From: an uncultured Holophagales bacterium
GTDB lineage: Bacteria > Acidobacteriota > Thermoanaerobaculia > Multivoradales > UBA5704
Direction of reading: 5' to 3'
Length of the DNA stretch: 64,000 bases
NCBI GenBank assembly: GCA_963842525.1
Contig: CAWJGT010000003.1
Span: 1,440,001 to 1,504,000 of the forward strand
Positions 12,001 through 23,300 of this stretch are shown here, one piece after another. The notes under the pieces are model-generated. The model saw only the letters and a list, made by a program, of their open reading frames with translations, was not told the DNA's origin and did not search any database. How positions within the stretch are numbered: position 1 is the stretch's first letter; each line of letters starts with the position of its first letter. The position numbers were made by a program, and so were the translations under genes.

Positions 12001-15000
12001 GGAGATCGGCGTCGCTCTCGGCGGCGAGGGCGGCCATCAGCGCCGGATCGTCCAGGCGGAGCTCGGTGCTGCCGCTCCCAAGATCCCCAAGACCATCCGG
12101 AACCTCGCCGCGCGTCACCAGCATCCGCGCCTGCGCGTCCACCGCCATGAAGGCCAGCCGTTCGCCGCTATAGGTGGCGTCGAGCGGCACGTAGCAGCCG
12201 CCCGCCTTGAGGACGGCGAGGGCAGAGATCACGAGGTCGGCCGAGCGCGGCAGCCAGAGGGCGACCCGCACCTCGGGGCCGGCACCGTGCCGCCGCAGCA
12301 AGCGGGCGAGCCGGTTGGCGCGGGCGTTGAGCTCGCCGTAAGTCAACCGTTCCGGGTTCTCCAGGTCCGGCCAGACCACCGCCTCCGCCGCCGGCCGCAG
12401 CGCCGCGTGGCGCTCGACAAGCTGATGGACGAAGCGAGCTCCCGCCACGCTCTCCGCCGCCGGGCGTGGGAGGCCGCGGCTCCACTCGCCGCCGATCTGC
12501 CAGGTCTCGGCGGCGGAGAGGAGCGGCAGCTCGTCGACCGGCGGCGCCTCCTCCCAGGTCGCCAGGGCCGCGGCGAGCAGACGCTCGAAGGCGTGGCCGA
12601 AGCGGGCCATGGTGGCGGCGTCGAATAGATCACGGTTGTAGTCCAGCACGCCGGTGTAGGGATCGCCGGCCGGATCGCTCAGGTAGAGGGTGAGGTCCAC
12701 GTCGGCGCGGTCGATGGGGGCTGCAGGCAGCTCGAGACGGAGCCCGTGGGGGGCCATCAGACCGGCTGCAGGCTGCTGCACGGCGACCACCTGGAACACC
12801 GGCGGCAGGCTGAGGTCGCGCGGCAGCTTCAGATCCTCGACCAGTTTCTCGAACGGCAGATCCTGGTAGGCGTAGGCGCCGAGTGCCACCTCCCGCACCT
12901 GCGCCAGCAGGCGGTCGAAGGTGAGGTTGCCAGAGAAGTCCAGCCGCAGCGCGAGGCTGTTGACGAAGAAACCGATCAGCCCTTCGAGCTCCAGGCGGGT
13001 GCGGTTGGCGACATAGGTGCCGACCGCGAAGTCGCCCTGGCCGCTCGCGCGGTGGAGCACAACGGCGAACGCGGCGAGGCCGATCATGAACGGCGTGGCC
13101 GCCTGGCGCCGCGCCAGATGCCGGACCCTCGCGGCGACCTCCGGCGGCAGGGGAAGCGTGAGCGAGTCGCCGTTGAATGTCTGCATCGGCGGCCGCGGCC
13201 GGTCGAACGGCAGGCGCAGCGGCGGCACGCCGCTCAGGCGTTGCCGCCAGTAGCCGGCGATTCGCTCCAGGGTGGCGCCGGTCAACCGGGCGCGCTGCCA
13301 GCAGGCGAAGTCCGCGTACTGGATCGGCAACTCCGGCAGCGGCGAGGCGCGCCGCGAGAGGTCCGCGTCGTAGAGCGCCGACAGCTCGCGGGTCAAGACC
13401 CTGATCGACCAGCCGTTGAACGCGATGTGATGGAAGTTGAGGAGGAGCAGGTGGCGCGCCGCCGTCCCGATCGTGCCACCAGCCGCGAGCCGCAGCAGGC
13501 AGGCGCGGAGCAGAGGGCCGCGGGTGAGATCGAAGCCGCGCGTCATATCGGCCTGCCGCAGCCGCTCCGCCGTGGCAGCGCGCTCGTCCTCCGAGAGGGC
13601 GGTGAGGTCGATCACCGGGAGCGGCGGGGCAAACGGTGGCAGCACCACCTGCACCGGCTCGCCAGCCGGCGCGTGGAAGACGGTGCGCAGGGCCTCGTGC
13701 CGGCGCACCACTGCGGCGAAGGCTGCGGCGAGCGCCGCGACGTCGAGGTGGCCGGAGAGGATGAGCACACACGGGATGTTGTACACGAAGCTCCCGGGCG
13801 TCAGTTGGTCGAGGAACCAGAGCCTCTCCTGCGCAAAGGAGAGCGGCAGCGCGGCGCCCGGCTCGCGGTGGGGAATGGCCCCCCAGTCCTCGAACTCGGT
13901 GTCTCCGGCCTCTCCATCGTCTCCACCATTGCTCTCGCCCGGGGGCAGGGCGGCGCGCAGGCGGACCGCCAGGCCGGCAACGGTGGGCGCCTCGAACAGC
14001 AGGCGCAGCGGCAGATCGACGCCGAAAGCCTGGCGCAGGCGCGACATCACCTGCGTCGCCAACAGTGAGTGTCCGCCGAGCTCGAAGAAATCCGCCTCCG
14101 GCCCCACCCGTTCCAGCTCCAGAACTTCGGCGAAGATCCCGGACACCAGCTTCTCGGTCTGCGTCCGCGGTGCCCGGGCGTCAGCTCTTACGTCCCGCTC
14201 CAGCGGCAGGGCCGCGAGGGCCTTCCTGTCGAGCTTGCCGTTGACCGTCAGCGGCATTGACTCCAGCAGCACATACGCCGATGGCAACATGTACTCGGGC
14301 AGGCGGCCCCTGAGCAAATCCCGCAGCTCCCTGGCCGAGACTCCACCCCGCGCGGTCTCCACGTACGCCATCAGAGACCCGCCTCCGGACGGGTCCTGCC
14401 GCGGCAGCACGACTGCCGAACGCACCTCTCCGTGCCCCAGCAAAGCCGCCTCGATCTCCCCTGGCTCGATGCGAAATCCCCGTATCTTGACCTGGTGGTC
14501 GCACCGGCCCAGGTAGTCCATCTGCCCGTCCGCGCGATAGCGCGCCAGGTCGCCGGAGCGATACAGACGCGCCCCCGGCCCACCGAACGGGTCGGGGACG
14601 AACCGCTCGGCGGTCAGCTCGGGCCTCCGGAGGTAGCCGCGCGCCAGACCGTCGCCGCCGATCACCAGCTCCCCGTTCACTCCCAGAGGCACGGGCTCCA
14701 GGGTCCGGTCCACCACGTGGATCGTCGTGTGGCCGATCGGACCCCCGATCGGGACGGTCCGGGCGCCGGCCGGGACGCCGGCGATGCGGTACCAGGAGCT
14801 GTAGGTCGTGCTCTCGGTGGGGCCGTAGACGTGCAGCAGGCGCCGCGGCGGACCGGCGGCCAGGACGGCCCTCACCCACTGCGGGTCGGCGGCCTCGCCG
14901 CCGAAGAGGACCTCGTGAAGAGAAGCAAACGCCGCCGGCTCCTCGCGGGCCATTTGGTTGAACAGCGCCGTGGTCAGGAACAGCGTGTCGATCCGCAGGT

Positions 15001-18000
15001 CCCGCAGGGCTGCCGCCAGCCGCGCGGGCTCCAGGCTCACCTCGCGATCGATTCCCACAACCGTGCCGCCGTGCAGAAGCGCCCCCCAGATCTCGAAGGT
15101 GGCCGCGTCGAAGGACGTGTTGGAGGCCTGGGCGATGCGATCTCCGGGCCCCAGGTCGACGTAGTCGGTCTCGCAGGTCAGGCGGATCACAGCCCGCTGC
15201 GGAATGGCAATCCCCTTGGGCATTCCGGTCGAGCCGGATGTGTACATCACATATGCCAGATGGTCCGGGCCGGACAGCGGCTCCAGGCTCCACGCCGGAC
15301 GAGCCGCCACGGCCGCCGCTTCCGCCCCGAGGTCGATTACGGGCACGCCGAGATCTCCGGCTTCCGGCAACACATCGCCGGCGGTGATCAGAGCGGCGAG
15401 GCCCGAATCCACGATCATCAGCTCCAGGCGCTCGCGCGGGTAGCTCGGGTCGAGAGGCACGTAGGCGCCGCCGACCTTGAGGGTGGCAAGAGCCGCCACG
15501 ACCATGGAGGTTGAACGCTCCAGGCAGAGTCCCACCCGGACCTCCGGAGCGACCCCCAGGGCCCACAGGTGGTGCGCCAGGCGGTTCGAGCGCGCGTCCA
15601 GCTCTGCGTAGCTCAGGACTTCTCCTGCGAATTCCACGGCGGGGGCCGCGGGGGAACAGGCCACCTGCTGCGCGAAGAGCCCGGCGAGAGAGGAATCGCG
15701 AGGATACGCCGTGCCGGTGGCGTTGAGCTCGATCAGGAGCTGGTGGCGCTCCGCGGCGGACAGGAGCGGCAGCTCCGGCAGGCCTGTTTCCGGCGCTTGC
15801 ACCGCGGTGCCCAGCAGCGTCTCGAAGCCGGTGAGGAGCCGCTGGATCGTGGTCCGGTCGAAGAGATCGGTGCTGTATTCGAGAGAGCCTTCGAGGCCGT
15901 CTCCCTGCTCGCCCAGGGCGAAGCTCAGGTCGAACTTCGCCGTCGTGCCTTCTGCATCCACCGGCTGCAGGCGCAGCTCCCGGATCTCCAGGCTCCCGAC
16001 GGGAGCATTCTGCAGCACGAGCATCACCTGGAACACGGGGGTGTGGCCGAGGCTCCGCTCCGGGGCGAGCTCCTCGACCAGCTTTTCGAACGGCACGTCC
16101 TGATGGAGATAGGCCGCCAGCGCGGTCTCGCGCACCCGGCCGAGGGCCTCGCGGAACGCGGGAGCGCCCGCGAGGTCGCCGCGCATCACCAGCGTGTTGA
16201 CGAAGAACCCGATCAGCCCCTCGATCTCCACCCGGTTGCGGCCGGCAATGGGGGAGCCCACCGCGAGGTCGTCCTGTCCGCTGGCGCGCGCGAGAAGAGC
16301 CTGGAAGGCGGCGAGGAGCACCATGAAGAGCGTCGCCCCCTCGCGCCGGGCGAGGGCCTCCATCTGCCGGGTGAGCCCGGCCGGCAGCCGCACCGGCCGG
16401 GTGGCGCCCCGGAAGCTCCGCACCGCGGGGCGCGGCCGGTCGGTGGGCAGCTCCAGGAGCGGCGGCAGCCCGGCGAGCTGCCGGCGCCAGTAGGCGATTT
16501 CGCTCTCCAGGACCTCGCCGTGCAGCCAGGAGTGCTGCCACACCGCGAAATCCGCGTATTGCACCGGCAGCTCGGGCAGGGGCGACGGCCTGCGTTCGGC
16601 GAATGCGACGTAGAGGGCCGTCACCTCGCGGACCAGGATTCCCATGGACCAGCCGTCGCTCGCGATGTGGTGCATGGTGAGTGTGGCGACATGGTCCTCG
16701 CCAGCCAGGCGCAACAGCACGCCGCGCAACAGCGGACCATGCCCCAGATCGAACGGGCGGCGGGCTTCTTCACCCGCCAGAGCGAAAGCCACCGGCTCGC
16801 GCTGGCTTTCCGGCAGGCCCGACAGATCCACGAGCGGCAGGCCGAAGGGTGCCGCCGGGTGGATCACCTGTACCGGCACGCCCTCCCACGCGGCGAAGAC
16901 CGTCCGCAACACCGCGTGGCGGCGTTGGACCTCCCCGAGGCAGATCGCCAGCAGGCCGGCGTCGAGCGGCCCTCCCACGCGCAGAGCCACCGGGATGTTG
17001 TAGAGCGAGCTGCCCGGATCGAGCTGATCGATGAACCAAAGACGCTGCTGCGCGAACGACAGGGGCAGCAGCCCTTGATGCGGCACCGGCACCCGGGGCG
17101 GCAGCCCCTCGGCCGGCCGGCCAGCCAGACTGCTCTCGATCCGGCCCGCGAGCGCCTCGACCGTCGGCGCCTCAAACACCGCCCGCACCGCCAGCTCCAC
17201 CCCGAACACGGTCCGCACCCGCGAGGCGACCTGCGTCGCCAGCAGTGAGTGTCCACCGAGAGAGAAGAAGTTGTCCTCCGCCCCTACCCGCTCGATCCCC
17301 AGCACCTCACTCCAGATCCCCGCCAGCACCTCTTCCAGCGGACCGCGCGGCGGACGGCTCTCGCCCTGCGGCGCGGCCACCTCCGGCGCCGGCAGCGCCC
17401 GCCGGTCCACCTTGCGGCTCGGCGTCAGCGGCAGCTCCGACAGCGCCACAAAGACCGGTGGCACCATGTACTCGGGCAGTCGCCGCGCGAGGTGGCCGCG
17501 CAGCTCTTCCCATTCCGGAGCCGGCCCCGACGGCACCACGTAGGCCACCAGCCGGCGATCGCCACCCTCTCCCAGGGCGACCACCACCGCCTGCGCCACA
17601 TCCGGATGCGCTCCCAGCGCCGATTCAATCTCTCCCAGCTCGATGCGGTGGCCACGCACCTTCACCTGCTGGTCGGCGCGCCCGAGGTGCTCGAGCTGGC
17701 CGTCCGCCAAGCGGCGCACCACGTCGCCCGTCCGGTAGAGCCGCCCTCCCCGCTCGCCGAACGGCGACGGCATGAAACGCTCCGCCGTCAGCGCCGGCCG
17801 CTCCAGGTAGCCGCTCGCCAGTCCCACGCCGCCAATCCACAGCTCGCCCGCCACCCCGATCGGCATCGGTTCCAGAGTCGCCGACAGCACGTACGTCGTG
17901 GTCCGGCCGACGGCGCGGCCAATGGTGATCCTCTCCCCCTCTCGCACCCTCCCCGCGGTCGACCACACGGTGGTTTCGGTAGGCCCGTAGAGGTTCCACA

Positions 18001-20363
18001 CCTCACGGCCGCGCCGGGCCAGCTCTCGCGCAAGATCCTCGCCGAGAGACTCGCCGCCGCACAGCACCCGCAGCGCCGGCTCTCCCGACCAGCCCGCCGC
18101 CAGCAGCATCCGCCAGGTCACCGGGGTGGCCTGCAGCACCGTCGCCGCGCTCGCCTCGAGACGGCGCAGCAGGCGCCAGCCGTCCGCCGACTCCTCCTGG
18201 CTCGCCAGAGCCACTCCGGCTCCCACCATCAGCGGCAGATAGAGCTCCAGGCCTGCGATGTTCGAACGACAGCGCCGTCACCGCCGCCACAACGTCCTCG
18301 GGCCCCAGGCTCAGGCGCTCCCTCATGGTCTCCAGGAAGCTGGCGAACGAGCCGTGGCTGATCTCCACTCCCTTCGGACGCCCCGTCGAGCCCGACGTAT
18401 AGATCACGTACGCCGTTTGCCGTGGATCGACCTCCAGCTCCAGATCCTCTGTCCTCCGGCGCCCGATGACGGCCTGATCCCCGTCCACTCGCACCTGCCC
18501 GCGGCTCGATAGCCAGTCCACCCCGGCCAGCTCCTCCTCGCTCACCACCAGACGGGCCCCAGAGTCCTCCAGCATGTAGGCCAGTCGGTCCGCCGGATAT
18601 GACGGATCGAGCGGCACGTAGCACCCGCCGGCCTTCAGCACACCCAGCGCGCTCGCCACCATCCACGGCGAGCGCCACAGCGCGATTCCCACCCGCTCCC
18701 CAGGTCGCAGCCCCAGCGACTGCAGGTGGCGCGCCAGACGGTTGGACCAGGCATTGAGATGCCCGTAGCTCCACACCTCCTCTCCCCACACCAACGCACG
18801 AGCCTCCGGAGTCCGCCGCACCTGCTCCTCGATCAGCCGGTGCACCGCTGCCTGCCGCCACTCGCCACCCGCGGTGTCGTTCCACTCCTGGAGCAGTTGG
18901 TGTCGCTCGCCCGCAGCGAGCAGCGGGAGCTCCGAAAGACGCTTGCCCGGATTCGCCACGACTCCGGCCAGCAGGCCTACGAAATGCCCCGCCAGGCGCT
19001 CGATCGTCGCGCTGTCGAACAGGTCGCAGCTGTACTCCAGGCGGCCGAGCAGGGTGTCCCCCGACTTCTCGAACCGGCAACTGAGATCGAACTGCGCGGT
19101 CGCCAGGTCGAGGATGGCGGGCTCTACGGTGAGCCCCGGAACCTCCAGCTCGGACGCCGGCGTGTTCTGCAGCACGAACAGGACCTGGAACAGAGGGTTG
19201 TAGCTGAGGCTGCGCTCCGGCCGCAGCTCCTCGACCAGTGTCTCGAAGGGGAGCTGGCCATGGCTCTGGGCTTCCAGAACCTCATCGCGGACGCGGCCGA
19301 GCAGGACTCGGGCCGAAGGGTTGCCGGACAGGTCGACACGCAGCACGAGGGTGTTGAGGAAGAACCCGATCAGTCCCTCGATGTCGCTGCGGTCGCGGTT
19401 GGCCACCGGGTAGCCAATCACCAGGTCCTGCTTCCCGGTATAGCGCCCGAGCAGGGCGAGGAAGGCGGCAAGGAGGGTCATGAACAGGGACACCCCCTCC
19501 CGCCGGCTCAACCGGCCCACGCTCTGCGCCAGCTCCGCGGGCAACACGAGGAGCCGCGTCGCTCCGCGATCGCTGCGCATCGCCGGCCGGGGGTGGTCGA
19601 ACGGCAGCTCCAGCACCGGATCGGCCCCTGCCAGCTTGGCGCGCCAGTGAGCCAGCTCCTTCTCCAGCACAGCTCCCTGGAGCCACCCCCGCTGCCAGGC
19701 GGCGTAGTCCGAGTATTGGAAGGGGAGATCCAGCAGGGGGGACCGGCCACCGCGGAGGAAAGCGCCGTAGAGCGTCCACACCTCGCGGACCAGCACGCCG
19801 AGCGACCAGCCATCGGCGATGGCATGGTGAAGCGTCAGGACGGCCTTATGCTCGCGGCGATCCAGCCGCAGCAGAAGGACGCGCAGCAGGGGCCCCGCGT
19901 CGAGGTCGAAGGTGCGGCGTGCCTCGGCCAGGATCAGATCCCCGGCCAATTGCGACGCTTCCGCCGCGGGCAGGCCGCTCAGGTCGACCAGCGGCAGGAG
20001 GAGCGGCCCCGGTGCAGAGATGCTCACCCATGGCTCGCCGCCAAGCTCGATGAACGTGGTGCGGAGCGTCTCGTGACGCCGCGTCACCTCGGTCAGGGCG
20101 CGGCCGAGGACCTGGATGTCGAGCGCTCCGGCGAGGCGAACCTCCACGGCGATGTTGTAGAAAGGACTCTCCGGCTCCAGGCGCTGCAGGAACCAGAGAC
20201 GCTGCTGGGCGAACGAGAGCCGGCGGTTCCCAGGGCCCTGGAGAGGAGTGATCGGCGGCTCTCCCTCCAGATCGATCCCCTCCTCGGCGAGGAGGACAGC
20301 GAGCATCTCCCGCTGCTCTGCGGAGAGACCCACCGCCGCGCCCAGACGCTCGATCTCGCTCAA
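1..20363 (-). CDS. Giant multimodular NRPS (C-A-T)x6 plus a seventh C domain; 3' end runs off the window; two frameshifts (~18261, ~4737)
   Basis: Joins ORF 18003..20396, ORF 4652..18229 and an uncalled open frame from ~4735 to 1 ([15 protein letters not shown]...HHIVSDG...YGPSETH...GGHSLL...HHVVCDG). Likely TTG start at 20363 with GGGAG 7 nt upstream. Repeated [10 protein letters not shown], HHxxxDG, YTSGSTG, GGHSLLA and PNGKVDR motifs. Confidence 0.93.
880..4030 (-). other. NRPS module 6: C-A(Pro-like cyclic imino acid)-T
   Basis: Translated by hand from the uncalled frame: [16 protein letters not shown]...KAILP...EITTTGE...[24 protein letters not shown] is the Pro-clade signature. Confidence 0.65.
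4115..7270 (-). other. NRPS module 5: C-A(Ile/Val/Leu)-T
   Basis: [38 protein letters not shown] gives code DAFFLGLTFK. The frameshift at ~4737 falls just before the RLYRTGD motif. Confidence 0.72.
7360..10500 (-). other. NRPS module 4: C-A(Ala)-T
   Basis: [30 protein letters not shown] gives code DLFNNALTYK, the Ala consensus. Confidence 0.85.
10590..13850 (-). other. NRPS module 3: C(HHIAFNG)-A(Orn-like basic residue)-T
   Basis: [30 protein letters not shown] gives code DVGEVSSIDK versus the ornithine code DVGEIGSIDK. Confidence 0.7.
13960..17060 (-). other. NRPS module 2: C-A(Ile/Val)-T
   Basis: [38 protein letters not shown] gives code DAFFLGVTYK, the branched aliphatic class. Confidence 0.75.
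17130..20220 (-). other. NRPS module 1: C-A(Gly)-T
   Basis: C motif HHAIADG. After frameshift repair the A domain reads [31 protein letters not shown], code DILQLGLVWK, matching the Gly consensus DILQLGLIWK. Confidence 0.85.
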
Positions 20364-20367
20364 GTCG

Positions 20368-23300
20368 CTACTCCCGGGCTCCGATCCCAGGATCACCCGC
20401 GGCCATGCCCTGTACGGTGATCAGAATGCGGGCGAGCTTGCGCGTCTGTCCCGGCTTGGGCTCCCTCTCGACGACCCGCTTCGCCATCTCGGCGACGGTC
20501 AGCGCGTCGAAGAAGTCGCGCAGCGAGAGCTCGACCCGGAGGGCATCCCGGACCCGCGAGATGAGCTGCACGGCGAGCAGAGAGTCACCACCGAGATGGA
20601 AGAATTGATCGTCGACGCCGACCTGCTCGACGCCGAGCACCTGCGCCCAGATGCCGGCCAGCACCTGCTCTTCCGGGTTTCTGGGCGCCACGAGCTCCGC
20701 CCGCGTCCCAGCGCGCGCGCCGCCGGGCGGCGGCAAGGCTCCGCGGTCGACTTTGCCATTGGCGGACAGCGGGAGCTGGTCGAGCACCATGAACACCGCC
20801 GGTACCATGTACTCGGGGAGCCGTTCGCGCAGGAAGCCGCGGATCTCCTCCTCCTCGGGCGCGGCCGCATCCGCAGCGCCTGCCGCAAGCATGACGTGGC
20901 AAGGCACTTGATCGGTCTCCGGCAGCGCCTGGAAACGGCGGAACCCGGCGTTCTGCGTCGCCGCCTCCCAGGTGCCGGTCGAAATGAACGGCACCTCGGA
21001 CCGCCAGCGGTCCTCGTGGCGGCTCAAGCCCTCCAGGAGGGCGTTGCTGACGTTGTAGATCAGATTCCAGCTCGTCGACTCCTCGAAGAGGAGAAGGCCG
21101 CCGGGGGCGAGCAGCCACTGGATGTGCTGGAGCGCCGCGTCGAGGTCACGCGTTCCATGCAGCATGTCGCCCGCGACGGCGATATCGAAGCTGTGGGCGG
21201 TGAACCCCTGCTCGGCCGGCGAATTCTCGATGTTGAGCAGCCGGTAGTCGAGGAATGGAACGTCGCGGTATTTCTCTTTCGCCTGGCGGGTGAAGTACCC
21301 GGAGATGTCGGTGAAGGTGTACCTGGTTCTCTCCGCCGGCAGCACGGGCAGCAGAAAGGTCGTCGTGCCGCCCGTCCCGGCGCCGATCTCCAGGATGCGC
21401 AGCGGTTGTCCGGAGGGTCCGGAGGGTCCGGACGGCCACCGCTCGGCGATCGCGGCCAGCACCGCCGCCGTCGTGTTGTGCAGAAAGCGGCCCGACGCGT
21501 AGATCTGCGCCGCCTGGCTCCAGTCGCCGCCGGGAAAGAAGACCTCCAGCGGGTGGACCTCGCCCTGGAGGATCGCGGCGAGGTTGCCGCCGCTGCGGCG
21601 CAAGGTTTCGGCCAGCTCGCTCACGATCTCGCCGCCGGTGCCTTGCCACAGGGCTTCGAGGTCGGGCTCAGCCAGCGGCTCGGGGCTGCTGAAGCTGTCT
21701 CCCGCCGCCACGAGCAGCCCCTCGTCCGCCAGCGCACGCAGCCAGAGGAGCATCAGCCTGCCGTAGCGCGGCTCGATGCCGAAGCGCTGCAACAGCTCGT
21801 CGCCGGTGTGGCTCTCTCCCGCCACCAGGAAAGCGCCCATCCGGCGCAGTGTCGAGACCATGTAGCCGATGGCGACCCTCCCCAGCCGCCGGAGCTGCTC
21901 GGGATCGGTCTGCAGCGTCCGCTCGGCGAGGCTCGCCTCCGCCTGCCGGCGGCCGGCCGCCACCGCCGCCGCCCACATCTCGTCATCCAGCCCGGATCTC
22001 GGACCGCCAGCGCCCGCGGGCTCCCGGCTGGGGACCACATAGGCGACCAGGCGGCGGTCCCCGGGGCCGTCCTTGTGTGCCACCACCACCGCCTCGCCCA
22101 CTGCCGGATGGCGGCGCAGCGTCGCCTCGATCTCGCCGAGCTCGATGCGGTAGCCGTGCACCTTGACCTGGAAGTCCTCGCGGCCGAGGAATTCGATGGT
22201 GCCGTCCGGCAGGTAGCGTCCGAGATCGCCGGTGCGGTAGAGGCGCTCGCCGCTTGCCGGATGGACGATGAAGCTCGCGCGGGTGCGCTCCTCGTCTCGC
22301 CAGTACCCTTTCGCCACCCCGGCGCCGCCGATATAGAGCTGTCCGGGCACCCAGACGGGACAGGGCTCCAGATGGCCGTTCAACACCGCGAAGCTCTGGT
22401 TGGCGAGGGGCCGCCCGTAGGGGATGCTCCGCCAGGCCGGATCGACCAATCCGATCGGATGGCAGATCGACCAGATCGACGCCTCGGTGGCGCCGCCGAG
22501 GCTGATCACCTGCGCGCCCGGAGCGAGGCGCCGGATGCGGTCCGGCAGGGTGACCGGGATCCAGTCGCCGCTCAGCAGGACGAGACGCAGCGACGAAGGG
22601 AGCGTTCCGCCGTTCCCCTCAAGATAGGTCACCATCATGTCCATGAGGGCCGGGACGGAATTCCACACCGTGACCCGCTCGCGCGCGAGGATCGCGGACA
22701 GACTGGCAGGCTCGCGCAGATTGTCCAGCCCAGGCACGACGATGCTCGCGCCGGCGGCGAGCGTGCCGAAGACGTCGTAGACCGAGAGGTCGAAGCTCAA
22801 GGACGAGATCGCCAGGATCCGGTCGCCTCTCCCCACGCCGAACCGCCGGTTGATGTCGAGGACCGTATTCAGCGCGCCCCGGTGGTCGATCATCACTCCC
22901 TTGGGCTGGCCGGTGGAGCCCGAGGTATAGATGACGTAGGCGAGGTCTTCCGAAGAGGGAGTCTCAGGCACGAACGGGACACCGTTCCGCGCGCCCGGCT
23001 CCCGGCCGACGACGATCCGCTCGACGCCGGGCGGCCAGTCGAGCGTGCCGTCGAGCCACGGCTGGGTGAGCGCCGCGTGGATTCCGCCGTGCGTAAAGAG
23101 CTGGAAACGCCGCTCCTTCGGCCAACTGGCATCGATCGGGCAGTAGGCTGCGCCGGCCTGGTGGACAGCAAGGACGGCGGCGACCTGCTCCCATCCTTTG
23201 TCCATTACGACGCCGACCAGGGCGTCGGGCGCGACGCCGAGCGCGCGCAGCCGTTGGGCGAGCTCGCCGGCCCGGTGGGCGAGCTCGCCGTAGGTGAGCG

